A stretch of DNA of 64,000 bases, from positions 384,001 through 448,000 of the forward strand of contig CAWGYA010000008.1 of the NCBI GenBank assembly GCA_963826715.1, given 5' to 3'. This DNA comes from Candidatus Bathyarchaeota archaeon (GTDB lineage: Archaea > Thermoproteota > Bathyarchaeia > Bathyarchaeales > Bathycorpusculaceae). Each line of letters begins with the position of its first letter. Positions within the stretch are counted from its first letter, which is position 1. Shown one piece after another: positions 11,585 through 21,100 of this stretch. The translations under genes were made by a program, and so were the position numbers. The notes beneath the pieces are model-generated. The model was not told the DNA's origin and did no database searches. It saw only the letters and a list, made by a program, of their open reading frames with translations.

Positions 11585-11684
11585 CATATTCCGCTACAAA
11601 TGAAAGTGTAAGAGTTAAATTACACTTTTACACTATAATGGTGATCAAAAGTTTATAATTTATTTTCGAAGGAGCATGTAATGT

Positions 11685-12071
11685 TTGAGTAACGATGAAG
11701 GCGTCTCCCGGATTAAAATCAAGTTTATTATCGAAGGATTAGGCGAAGCAGAAGGCGAACTTGTCAGATTCCTGGCACCTAGATCCATAGACACTATTGT
11801 CCGCAAGCTTCCATTAGAAGGCAGAGCAGCTCTTTGGAAAGAAGAAGTTTACTTTGAAACGCCCCTTAAAATGGGCGAAGAAAAAGCCAAACCCACCATC
11901 GAAGCAGGCACAATAGCTTTTTGGCCAATGGGCAGTGCAATTTGTGTGTTCTACGGTAGTTCACAGCCATATAGCCCAGTTTCCATTTTGGGTAAAATAA
12001 CAAGTAACCTTGAATTGTTTAGTCGGGTAAAAAGTGGCTCAACCATCAAAATGCAGTTGGTAACAACTTAG
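11685..12071 (+). CDS. Cyclophilin-like fold protein (DUF369/DUF3830-like)
   Basis: WKEEVYF, GTIAFWPMG.AICVFYG, PYSPV. Confidence 0.8.
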   Translation: MSNDEGVSRIKIKFIIEGLGEAEGELVRFLAPRSIDTIVRKLPLEGRAALWKEEVYFETPLKMGEEKAKPTIEAGTIAFWPMGSAICVFYGSSQPYSPVSILGKITSNLELFSRVKSGSTIKMQLVTT

Positions 12072-12547
12072 AAATTCAGGTGCCCATCGCGCCATTGCTC
12101 AAGAAGTCTGGTGCATTGTTCTTTAATCTGGGCATCTTGGCTTTTCTTTTTTAGAGCCTCCAAAAACTCTATCCGTTTTTGGATTGAACGTTTTTCGGCA
12201 GCTCCTCCATAATATAATTTTCCTTCTAGGTATTCTGCCATGCTAAAGGCTTTCTGTATAAAGAGGCTCGCGGCATCTACGGGATTTTCAACTGCAAATT
12301 TATTCGCCCAGATAGCCACTTCTGCCTGTCTCAGTTGAGTCATGCCATCGATTTCGCTAATTTCACGGATGTAAGTTTGCAGATAAGGATAGTATCCAGC
12401 TGTTTTAATGTGTTCTATAACCTGCTGAACTTTCTGTTTGAATTCAGGATTTCCTGAAACAAAAATGGTATGTTTGTATCCTTTGTCAACTAGTGACTTC
12501 GCCGTTTTAAGCTCTCTTTGGGTAAACACTCTCTCTGGGAAAGTCAA
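12068..12547 (-). CDS. Hypothetical protein
   Basis: Long ORF with SD-like GGAG, tightly packed behind rps25e. Confidence 0.75.
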   Translation of the reverse strand: MTFPERVFTQRELKTAKSLVDKGYKHTIFVSGNPEFKQKVQQVIEHIKTAGYYPYLQTYIREISEIDGMTQLRQAEVAIWANKFAVENPVDAASLFIQKAFSMAEYLEGKLYYGGAAEKRSIQKRIEFLEALKKKSQDAQIKEQCTRLLEQWRDGHLNF

Positions 12548-12600
12548 TCAAACAACTCCGAAAGAATAGAAAATATTTATGAATAAAGATTGGGATGCAG

Positions 12601-12927
12601 CTATGCTGCTGGCTTGTAGATTTTAATATTGTGGCTACCTGAGACAAGTTGTATTGCGCCTATACCTTCTAGCTGTTCTAGAAAGTCTTTTGCTGCGCTT
12701 ATACGTATGCCGTAGCGTGTTGAAACCGCGTAGGGAGTTAGCACGTTGATTTTTTTGACTTCAGCAACGATTTTTGGGTCCTTAACATCTGGAACCATAA
12801 TGTTGATTGTTGTCTTTTTCTGCGGAGGTCCAGATTTCTTGTCCTCCTTTTTCTTTGCTTTCTCGTCGTCGGTCTTTACCTGCTGCTTTTCCATCTGCTT
12901 TATGCCAAGCTTCTTTTTTCCACCCAT
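12601..12927 (-). CDS. rps25e: Ribosomal protein eS25
   Basis: MGGKKK start, Lys-rich, TPYAVS..YGIRISAAK winged helix. Confidence 0.9.
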   Translation of the reverse strand: MGGKKKLGIKQMEKQQVKTDDEKAKKKEDKKSGPPQKKTTINIMVPDVKDPKIVAEVKKINVLTPYAVSTRYGIRISAAKDFLEQLEGIGAIQLVSGSHNIKIYKPAA

Positions 12928-12962
12928 GATTTCACCTTGCCGTTTTTTTGATTATTCACCAT

Positions 12963-14453
12963 CTAGACTGTCTGGCTTATTTCAACCTTATGTTTGTTTT
13001 GCCACTCTTTGATTGGTACGCCAAGTTTCTTTTCAACTTCAGCGCGGTGAATTGAATTCATAGTGCAGAATGGTATTATGCGACCGTCTGGTACAGCATA
13101 GTGGATAACACATCGGGAAACCCGTTCTAGATCAAAGTTGTATGGGTCCATGAAGTGCATTGACGAAATTAGAATTGCCGATCGTGCAAAGTCTCCTAGC
13201 GATTTGTAATCGCCGTTTAGCAGTACTTTTAGAACATATTTACGCAAGAAACTAAATTTGATATGGCGACTAGCTCCAGCTAGGCGGATTTTGGCTTTGC
13301 TTTTGTTGCCTTTGGTTGCATCGTCAAAGACGCCCTGGAGGGTAGCTACAAATTTGTCAATGTTGCCATAACGTGTAATCGGGGTAATTTTACCGTTTTC
13401 GATAAAGACAAAAGTTGCCATGCCACAATGCGGATGCGCAGTAAATTCGACATACCGTTTGTCTTTGATTGCCCCCACTGCTTTAGAGACTGGAACCACC
13501 ACTGGAACAGGGTAAAAGTCGCTGACTTTAATTACACCATTAGTTTGTTCTTCAACTTCCCGCATAAAGTCTGGAATGGTTATGCGCATTTTTTCTCTCT
13601 CTTCCGGCGGTAAACGCCCGCATAGTGAAACTGGCTGAACGTTAATGCAGCGGATAACGTCGCTATTTTTAGCGGCAAAATTAATGATGTCCCCCAGTTG
13701 TTTGTCGTTAACTCCCTTTACAAGGGTGACAACGAGAACAACGCTGTTCCAGCCTGCTTGGCGAAGATTCTCAATAGCCTTCATTTTTATATTGAGTAAG
13801 TCGACGCCGCGAATATAATTGTAAACTTCGGGGGTTAAACCGTCAAACTGCAAATAAATAGTGCTGACGCCGGCTTCTCTGAGTTCTTTGCAGTATTCAA
13901 CGTCTTGGGAGATACGCAAGCCATTAGTGTTAACTTCAACATGGTTAAAACCGAGCTGTTTGGCTTTGCGGACCATCTCTGGCAGTTCTTTGCGGATAGT
14001 TGGTTCTCCACCACTGAACTGCAGTGCCTGCGCCGGAACTGGTTTGGTAGCACGCAAATTCTCAAGCATTCCAACTATCTGCTCCATAGTTGGCTCATAG
14101 ACATATCCAGCAAAATTTGCGTTTGCAAAACAAACTGGACATTTGAGGTTACAGCGATTAGTAATATCTATGATCGCTAAGGCTGTATGTGAATGATGCT
14201 CTGGGCAGATACCGCAGTCATAAGGGCATCCCTGTTTTTTCTCGGTGCGGGGGTTTTCCATGCCTTCACCTTCGTATCGGAATTTTTCGGCACGGACATA
14301 TTGGTCATAGTCTGACCAGTAAAGTTCCTCAAAGTGCCCGTGTTCTGAGCAGTCTTTTTTGATGAAGACTTTACCATCTTCTTCGTAGATGACTGCGTCA
14401 AGCGCTTTTAGACATTCAGGGCAGATGCTACGGGTCTGTTTAATATCTTTCAT
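12963..14453 (-). CDS. tes: Tetraether lipid synthase (Tes/GDGT-MAS, MJ0619 family) radical SAM enzyme
   Basis: N-terminal CPEC..C.EH, CPYDCGIC..H, CNLKCPVC, HPHCG, MHFMDPYNFD, C-terminal IPFC. Confidence 0.9.
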   Translation of the reverse strand: MKDIKQTRSICPECLKALDAVIYEEDGKVFIKKDCSEHGHFEELYWSDYDQYVRAEKFRYEGEGMENPRTEKKQGCPYDCGICPEHHSHTALAIIDITNRCNLKCPVCFANANFAGYVYEPTMEQIVGMLENLRATKPVPAQALQFSGGEPTIRKELPEMVRKAKQLGFNHVEVNTNGLRISQDVEYCKELREAGVSTIYLQFDGLTPEVYNYIRGVDLLNIKMKAIENLRQAGWNSVVLVVTLVKGVNDKQLGDIINFAAKNSDVIRCINVQPVSLCGRLPPEEREKMRITIPDFMREVEEQTNGVIKVSDFYPVPVVVPVSKAVGAIKDKRYVEFTAHPHCGMATFVFIENGKITPITRYGNIDKFVATLQGVFDDATKGNKSKAKIRLAGASRHIKFSFLRKYVLKVLLNGDYKSLGDFARSAILISSMHFMDPYNFDLERVSRCVIHYAVPDGRIIPFCTMNSIHRAEVEKKLGVPIKEWQNKHKVEISQTV

Positions 14454-14557
14454 TCTATTTTGCCTTCTATAAAGTAAGCGTTACTTTCGAAGTGCTTAAG
14501 AGCAGAGTAATGATAATAAGGTTTCCAAACGTTTCCTACGGTGATTGAGGGGAAAAA

Positions 14558-15310
14558 ATGGCGCTAAAAGAGGAGACTCGCGGTGTACTTCGTGAAATGG
14601 GATTAAACACCTATGAAATAGACACTTACTTGTCCTTGCTCGAAGTCGGGCAAATGACGGCGATGGAAATCAGCCAGCAAGCCAATGTGCCCTACAGCAA
14701 AATGTATGAAGTCCTTAACAGTCTCAAGGAGAAAGGTTGGATAAAAAGCAGTGAGACTCGACCATTCAAGTACTATCCAGTGCCCCCCCTAGAGGCCACA
14801 CGTTTCACCAAACTCCGTCTCGAAGACAAATACGTCGCGTGGGAAAACACCATAGTTGAGAACCTGCAGCCGCTTTACGAAAAACGCGAACTTGTTGAGC
14901 GCCCTGACATGCTGATTTTGCGAGGGCAACAAGCAGTTTTATCCAAGCTTGAGGAGGTACTCAAGAAGGCATGCGTTGAAATTGTGATTGCCGCGCCCGA
15001 GTTCGCTAAACCTGTAATAACTTTGGCGGAACCAATGCTAGGCAATGGACTTAAGAAGACGGTAAAGGTAAAGGTAATGGCGGCAGGAAAAAAAGAGGAT
15101 TGGCAATTCATTAAAAAATACGCTGGTCTGGGAGAAATGCGGATTCGCGATCATATGTTCGGCGGTGGCGTAATCGCAGACGGTAAGGAAGCCATGCTTT
15201 TTTTGGGAGAAGACAAGCCAAACTTAGTCATCTGGAGTAATCATGTAGGTTTGGTGGGATTTGCACGTGAGTACTTCCAGTTTTTGTGGGATTCCTCAGA
15301 AAAGGCTTAA
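14558..15310 (+). CDS. TrmB family transcriptional regulator
   Basis: GLNTYE..Y..LL, VPYSKMYEVLNSL..KGW, RPFKY and effector domain. Confidence 0.92.
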   Translation: MALKEETRGVLREMGLNTYEIDTYLSLLEVGQMTAMEISQQANVPYSKMYEVLNSLKEKGWIKSSETRPFKYYPVPPLEATRFTKLRLEDKYVAWENTIVENLQPLYEKRELVERPDMLILRGQQAVLSKLEEVLKKACVEIVIAAPEFAKPVITLAEPMLGNGLKKTVKVKVMAAGKKEDWQFIKKYAGLGEMRIRDHMFGGGVIADGKEAMLFLGEDKPNLVIWSNHVGLVGFAREYFQFLWDSSEKA

Positions 15311-15424
15311 GAGGCGGCTTTCATGCCTCTACAATTTTAGAGGCAACTTCATTAACTCACTTTGGAATAAATATAGAAAATCAATGGATTCCAAATAAAC
15401 AGTCCCAGAAAAGGTGTTGAACGC

Positions 15425-16309
15425 TTAAGTGCAGTCTTTAGAAGTTCGTACTTCCCTTTTTTGACTCATCAAATCCTTCTCTAGTTCTATAGCTCTCGCA
15501 GCCACTTTGTCGGCCGCCGCTTTTATTGATGGGTCTTTGATTTCTTCTTTGCGTTTCTCGTTAGATGCCAAAATTAAACGCAGAAACTCACTATCATAAG
15601 CCTTAAGCAGCAACTGCGTATTAGGAATGAGACAGTGTCCTCCAATTACACCAGGAAACATTATTGGTCTATCAAACCGTAACCGATGTGTATCCTCCAA
15701 AAAATCGACTGTTTCATCAAAATCAGCATCGAAAAAACTGGAAATCCGATGCATCTCCTGGAAACAGGCAATCATCCATGCTCTGTAGGTGGTTTCGAAG
15801 AGTTTGGCTAGTTCGGTTTCACGGCAGCTTTTGAGAATTTTAACTTTTAATCCCAGCAGCTCAAAGTGTGTTTTCGCTGCTTCAGCTGCCTCTGGTGTTG
15901 CACCCCCAACATATTTGGGCCAGCGCTTCATCTCCCAAACCATATGTTCAGCACTTTTATGGACACCTCGTGCAGGGGAATGCGCAACTTGACAGTCACA
16001 TTTTTTCGCAACTTTAATGGTGGTCCCAGGCGGTACAGTGCTATTGATGATAACAAGGTCGGGTTTATACTGCTTCACGTACTTTGCGGCGATTTCTGTA
16101 AATTTGTCTTGACTACCGCATGGTAAGCAGACCTGCATAACATTAATTTTGCTTGGAATGTTACTGAGGTTTTGGTTAAGATCTTTCATTTTAGCATCAT
16201 CTAAATCTAACCCGTAAGCCACGAAAGTCCCTTTTTTCTCATTAAACAGAGTGAATAGTGTATTACCGATTTCACCTAAACCAATAATCAGCACAGACTG
16301 CTGCATCAA
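15425..16309 (-). CDS. Short UDP-glucose/GDP-mannose dehydrogenase family protein
   Basis: IIGLGEIG, STVPPGTT, ELAKLFETTYR, GGHCLIP. Confidence 0.85.
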   Translation of the reverse strand: MMQQSVLIIGLGEIGNTLFTLFNEKKGTFVAYGLDLDDAKMKDLNQNLSNIPSKINVMQVCLPCGSQDKFTEIAAKYVKQYKPDLVIINSTVPPGTTIKVAKKCDCQVAHSPARGVHKSAEHMVWEMKRWPKYVGGATPEAAEAAKTHFELLGLKVKILKSCRETELAKLFETTYRAWMIACFQEMHRISSFFDADFDETVDFLEDTHRLRFDRPIMFPGVIGGHCLIPNTQLLLKAYDSEFLRLILASNEKRKEEIKDPSIKAAADKVAARAIELEKDLMSQKREVRTSKDCT

Positions 16310-16381
16310 AGCGTCGCCTCAAATATATAGAATTCAAGTCAAACTTAAACTATTTAAATCTGGAGCAAGGAAAAGACAAGC

Positions 16382-16894
16382 ATGCAAAGCGGGAAACGAG
16401 GAGTAGGAATCGTAACTGGCACCAATGTCGAAATTGGGGAGGGTTGTGTTATTTGGAACTATGTAGTTATTGGTGATTGCACAAAAATTGGTGGCGGCAC
16501 AATAATAGGCAGTTTTGTTGATGTAGGTAAGGACGTAACCATAGGCAAAAACTGCAACATACAAGCGCATGTCACCATTTCTAACGGCTGCGTGCTCGGG
16601 AATAACGTGTTTATAGCCCCTAACAGCAGCCTGCTAAATGATAAGTACCCCAAGAGCGCTTTCATAAACCCGCCCTCAATTAAAGATGGTGCATCAATCG
16701 GGGGGGGAGTCACTATACTTCCAAATGTTACCGTAGGAGAGAAAGCAGTTGTCGGCGGAGGAAGTGTTGTAACTAAAGATGTACCTCCAGAAACTATTGT
16801 TGCTGGTTGCCCTGCAAGAAAGGTTATGACACTTGCAGAATTTGAGGTTAAACGTGAAGACTTACTCGCTGACAACCGCGGGGTGAAGAAATGA
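16382..16894 (+). CDS. Hexapeptide-repeat (WbpD-like) N-acetyltransferase
   Basis: Left-handed beta-helix repeats, NDKYP, GSVVTKDVP, G.PAR. Confidence 0.9.
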   Translation: MQSGKRGVGIVTGTNVEIGEGCVIWNYVVIGDCTKIGGGTIIGSFVDVGKDVTIGKNCNIQAHVTISNGCVLGNNVFIAPNSSLLNDKYPKSAFINPPSIKDGASIGGGVTILPNVTVGEKAVVGGGSVVTKDVPPETIVAGCPARKVMTLAEFEVKREDLLADNRGVKK

Positions 16895-17856
16895 AGGTTT
16901 GGTATGACGCCTGTACGGGAAAACATATCCGATATGGTACAGCGATAGGCAAAGCCCTTCGGAGCCAAGGACATGAATTCATATTTACAACAAGGGGACA
17001 CCCTGACACGATACCTTTGGCGAAGCTTCTTGGCGAAAAACCCCTTGTGATCGGTAGATACAGCCCCTCGACACTTACGTCAAGACTTCGTGAAAGCGCC
17101 GAACGTATAATCGAGTTTGCGAAGCTTTTCGAAGACAACAAACCTGATGTTGCTATTGCCCATCAGTCTGTGGAGCTCTGTCGAACAGCGTTTGGCTTGG
17201 GCATACCAATCATTTTAACAGTTGACACCCCTCACGCTCATGCAGTAAATCGGCTAACCATACCCTTCGCAAATACAGTGGTTGTTTCCGAGGCACTCCC
17301 CCAAAGTTTCACAGGAAGTTACTGTGCTCAAAAAGTGGTGCCGTTCCGCGGCATAGATGAGGTAGCATGGATTCAGGGCTTTAAACCCAAAAAAACGCAG
17401 TTTAAAAAGCCATTAATTGTTCTTCGCCAAATTGAAACCAAAGCAGCATATGCTGTCGACAAAAATGACAACGCTAATACTCTTGTTAAACAGCTATCTG
17501 AATTGGGCAATGTACATCTTCTAAATAGATACAACAACGAAAGCGATGCATCTAAAGAAAAAACTGTTTTTGAGGACTCTGCCAGTATTGTTTCAAACGC
17601 TGATTTGGTTGTTAGCTATGGTGGAACTATCTCCCGCGAAGCTGCACTGCAGGGAGCGCCAAGCATTGTCATAGGTGATATGGCAAACACACCCGTCAAT
17701 ACCTACACCGCCGAAAAAGGCTTTCCTCTATTTATAACCAACGAGCAAAAGGTGATAGAGCTTGCCAAAAAATATCTGGGCACCCGTTTCGATGTTGCAG
17801 AAAGACTGGCAAGACTGGAAAACCCAGTTGATATTATTATAAAATTGTTGAACTAA
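16891..17856 (+). CDS. DUF354 GT-B fold protein
   Basis: MKVWYD...KH and GGTISREAAL.G.P motifs. Confidence 0.8.
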   Translation: MKVWYDACTGKHIRYGTAIGKALRSQGHEFIFTTRGHPDTIPLAKLLGEKPLVIGRYSPSTLTSRLRESAERIIEFAKLFEDNKPDVAIAHQSVELCRTAFGLGIPIILTVDTPHAHAVNRLTIPFANTVVVSEALPQSFTGSYCAQKVVPFRGIDEVAWIQGFKPKKTQFKKPLIVLRQIETKAAYAVDKNDNANTLVKQLSELGNVHLLNRYNNESDASKEKTVFEDSASIVSNADLVVSYGGTISREAALQGAPSIVIGDMANTPVNTYTAEKGFPLFITNEQKVIELAKKYLGTRFDVAERLARLENPVDIIIKLLN

Positions 17857-17867
17857 AGTATTTAACC

Positions 17868-18641
17868 TTAAACAGGTACAATTTCAATCCGGTCTCCCGG
17901 TTTCAACTTATACTCTTCCGCGGCGTTACCTTGATTCACGGCTATTTCGAGAAAGCCGTGGCTTCCAATCAATGCAATTGGTCGTCTGGGCAAGACTTGT
18001 GCATAAGTCTCTCCGAAAACCAAATTGAGAACTTCACTGGAAAACCTCACTTTTAGGTTGTTAACTGAATCAACTTCTTTTTGAGGGATATTGGTGACTA
18101 CGTTGCCAAAACCATCTACATGGAGAACCTCGCCGATCAAAACACCATTTTTATGGTCTACTGTTGCAAACTTAGGTGTTATGACTTCGGTTATTTCAGA
18201 ACCGAATTCTTGTGGATCAATACCTTTATCAAGATACGCCGCTGCAGGTGCAAAAACATCTCTGCCATGAAAAGTGAAAGAAACTTGAGAAAGCATCAAT
18301 TTTGGGTTTGTTATTTCGTAGAGATGCTTTATGCCTTGATCAATTGCTGCGAGCAGCAAAACGCCATTATCTGGTCCAACAAAAAAACAGAGCTCAGTTT
18401 GTATAATAATCGCCCTTCTATCGGTGCCAACGCCAGGATCCACAACAGCAACATGCACCGTGCCATTTGGAAAATAGGGTACCGCTGAAGCCAGCATGAA
18501 TGCACCCATTCGAACCCCGAATTTATCTACTCCGTGGGTAACATCGACTATTTGTGCGTAGGGATTGATACTCAAGATTACCCCTTTCATTTCCGCAACA
18601 TAAGGGTCTTTTAACCCAAAGTCAGTGGTTAATGTTATCAT
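17868..18641 (-). CDS. SAM hydrolase / SAM-dependent halogenase family (DUF62)
   Basis: ITLTTDFG, VVDPGVG, GPDNG, TFHGRDVFAP, DGFGN. Confidence 0.93.
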   Translation of the reverse strand: MITLTTDFGLKDPYVAEMKGVILSINPYAQIVDVTHGVDKFGVRMGAFMLASAVPYFPNGTVHVAVVDPGVGTDRRAIIIQTELCFFVGPDNGVLLLAAIDQGIKHLYEITNPKLMLSQVSFTFHGRDVFAPAAAYLDKGIDPQEFGSEITEVITPKFATVDHKNGVLIGEVLHVDGFGNVVTNIPQKEVDSVNNLKVRFSSEVLNLVFGETYAQVLPRRPIALIGSHGFLEIAVNQGNAAEEYKLKPGDRIEIVPV

Positions 18642-18644
18642 TTT

Positions 18645-18929
18645 TTAGCCGCCATGAACAACTGGAACAAAAACCACTTCGTCATTCTCACAAAGTTTGG
18701 TTTCATAGCCATTTAGAATGCTAATTTCTCTTCCGTTAACCAAGATTAAGGAGTTGGAGCGTGCATCGTTGAGTTCACTATCGCAGAATATGTGCTTGAG
18801 TTCTGGAACCTGAGCGCCCATCATTTTTACTAATCCATGAACAGTAATATCCTCAACAAAGCAAATAGATAACTCTTTTTTGCCGGAAATATGCCGAAGA
18901 GCACCAATCAATTTTACCTGTATAGCCAA
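18645..18929 (-). CDS. MoaD/ThiS/SAMP ubiquitin-like sulfur carrier
   Basis: ILVNG...C-terminal VHGG. Confidence 0.9.
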   Translation of the reverse strand: MAIQVKLIGALRHISGKKELSICFVEDITVHGLVKMMGAQVPELKHIFCDSELNDARSNSLILVNGREISILNGYETKLCENDEVVFVPVVHGG

Positions 18930-19060
18930 TTTAAATCAAAGATAAATTATAAGATGATGATTAAAGACATATCGTTAACATTTGTCACTGCTTGACCTTT
19001 GAAGATAAGGTTATCGAGTTTGGAAAAGAAGTTTTAGTAATCATTTTCAGCCAAAAAGCC

Positions 19061-19328
19061 TTTTGGAGAGACATGCCCTTCTAAGCTGATCCGAGAAGGT
19101 GTCACTATCTATTATGCACCTGCTGCATCTGTTGGTTCCTGCACGCCATCAGTATGCAAAGAAGCAGTCACCAAACACCCGTTTTTACCTAAGTTTTAGG
19201 GCTGCTGACAACACCAGATCTTGATTCCATCCTCCCAAGCCTTCCCAATTACCCTCATTTGTTTTTCCACCAACCACCACTGCGGCAGGTTTCGAAGGGG
19301 TTAGATGAAACCAAAAACCTCTCTAAAG
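19061..19328 (+). ncRNA. Putative structured non-coding RNA of unknown family
   Basis: Nested long-range helices whose G-U pairs form only on the + strand; BRE/TATA-like GAAAAGAAG-TTTTAGTAA about 25-30 nt upstream. Confidence 0.55.
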
Positions 19329-19396
19329 AAGATGGATAGTATTCCTAAAATAAAAGAACAAGCAAGCTAAGTCTTTCCAAATTCAGGAACTGAAAA

Positions 19397-19774
19397 TTAG
19401 TTTTCAAAACGTTCTTGAGTCAGTGTTTCAACAATGTCAGTTGCAACATCCACAATGGAGTCAGCTTGTTGCATCATGACATCGCCACCATCGATTTCTT
19501 CAAGCTGTGATATCTGCTGCACAATAGTTTCGATTTCGATAAGAAACCGAAGAATTGTATCGTCTGGTTGGGGATTCTTGCTTCCTTCTTCGCGGATAAG
19601 TATCTCGATGAAAGCGGGTTCCCCGAGGCTGTAATAAATGGCGTTACGTGCTTTTCGGATAGCTTCCAAAACGAGACTTGACGCCATGTAAGGGATTTTA
19701 CGTGCGGCTTCTAATTCAGCTTTTGCTTCACGCAGGTACCTCAATGCCCAGCCTTTACGATATTCATCCATCAT
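19397..19774 (-). CDS. Hypothetical helical (HEPN-like) protein
   Basis: WALRYLREAKAELEAA resembles a HEPN N-terminal helix; directly follows rps17e. Confidence 0.7.
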   Translation of the reverse strand: MMDEYRKGWALRYLREAKAELEAARKIPYMASSLVLEAIRKARNAIYYSLGEPAFIEILIREEGSKNPQPDDTILRFLIEIETIVQQISQLEEIDGGDVMMQQADSIVDVATDIVETLTQERFEN

Positions 19775-19791
19775 GCAGTTGTTTTCCTTAT

Positions 19792-20022
19792 TTATTCGGC
19801 GATATCTTCTTCGATGTCAGAGTCTACGTTATTGGCTTGAGATAATGAGATGGTGCGTGTTATGTATCCTGCAGTTTGGTTTCGCACACGTGTAGTGGTT
19901 CCTTTGGTTAATTCATCCACTAAACGTTTGTTGTCGTCAAAATTAGTGTTGAATTTACTTGGAAAGCGTGACATTAGTTCTTTACCTAGACGCTTTATCT
20001 GATCAGTCTTTACTTTTCCCAG
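19792..20022 (-). CDS. rps17e: Ribosomal protein eS17 (probable CTG start)
   Basis: GKVKTDQIKR, F..NFDDNK, VRNQTAGYIT; GGAGG SD 8 nt before CTG at 20022. Confidence 0.92.
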   Translation of the reverse strand: MGKVKTDQIKRLGKELMSRFPSKFNTNFDDNKRLVDELTKGTTTRVRNQTAGYITRTISLSQANNVDSDIEEDIAE

Positions 20023-20176
20023 ATTAGTTTCCTCCGATGTACTAGTTTGTTTTCTCCGACGTTTAAAACGTAGGAGCACTTCTCAATAGAGGATAGGCGT
20101 AATTTAAGTTTGCGGCTAAAAGCTCAGAATTATTTAGCCATCAACACAATAGAAAGGTGGAATAAAGGTTGTTTTG

Positions 20177-20950
20177 TTAGGCGAGTTTTATGTTAAAGAA
20201 ATCCTCAAAGTTCTTGGCGATTTGCTCAGCAACGTCTTCGAGTGGCTGCTTCTTGATTTCTGCCACAGACGCCACAACATTTTGGATGAATGAGGGGTTG
20301 GTTAGTTGACCCTTAAATGGTTGCTTCCAATAAGTTACTGGTCCATCAGTTTCCGTGAGCAGGTTGGTTAGAGGCGTATTTTCAACCACTTCACGGATTC
20401 CGTTGGAATATGTTACAGGTGGACCTTCGGTGATGAAGTAACCGTTGTCGATGGCTTTCATAAGTGCACTCATTGGGTGGCTGAACCAATGTAGTAATAC
20501 GCGGTTTAGGCGGTAGGAGGGCAGCATCTCCACAATTTTGTCTGTTGTGCCACGGGAATGAATGATGACTGGAAGGTTGAGGGTTTCAGCCAGATTCAAC
20601 ATCTTGTCGAAAACCATAAGTTGATGTTCCCAGATGGATTCGTATTTGTAGTCTAGACCAATTTCACCTATTGCCTTCACCGTGTCTTTTTGGGTTTGGA
20701 TGTAGCTGATAGTTTCTTCGAGTTCGCCTTCTTTGAGCACATTGACATTCCAAGGGTGAATACCCAGAGCAGGATAAACGAGGTGGGGATATTGCTTGGC
20801 AAGGTTAATGTCGTTTTGGCAGGTTTTTAAATCCATAGCGTTCGTCATCAACGCTACCACACTTGTTCTTTTTGCGTCATCGATCAACTGGTCAATGTAC
20901 CCGTTATATTCTGCATCAGACAAGTGAACATGTGCATCTATTAGCTTCAT
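20177..20950 (-). CDS. tatD: TatD family nuclease
   Basis: DAHVH, GIHP, IGEIGLD, IHSR, ETDGP. Confidence 0.95.
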   Translation of the reverse strand: MKLIDAHVHLSDAEYNGYIDQLIDDAKRTSVVALMTNAMDLKTCQNDINLAKQYPHLVYPALGIHPWNVNVLKEGELEETISYIQTQKDTVKAIGEIGLDYKYESIWEHQLMVFDKMLNLAETLNLPVIIHSRGTTDKIVEMLPSYRLNRVLLHWFSHPMSALMKAIDNGYFITEGPPVTYSNGIREVVENTPLTNLLTETDGPVTYWKQPFKGQLTNPSFIQNVVASVAEIKKQPLEDVAEQIAKNFEDFFNIKLA

Positions 20951-21100
20951 TTTTCTCAGCGGTATATCTTGCGGTGGGTGCTTTATAATTTTTCTTTAAA
21001 AAATCCTCACTGCTTGGTTTGGTCCGATTTTTAAACGAAAAAAAGATAACAAAGGTTAAATATTGCTTTAAAATGAAAAAGAGACTGAAGTGAAGACGAT

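Noticed and set aside
19061-19328. Assignment as RNase P, SRP RNA or tmRNA
   Set aside because: No GGAAA-type CR-I, no CAGG-GNRA-AGCA helix 8 and no T-arm. GAAGGGGTTA only weakly resembles CR-V.
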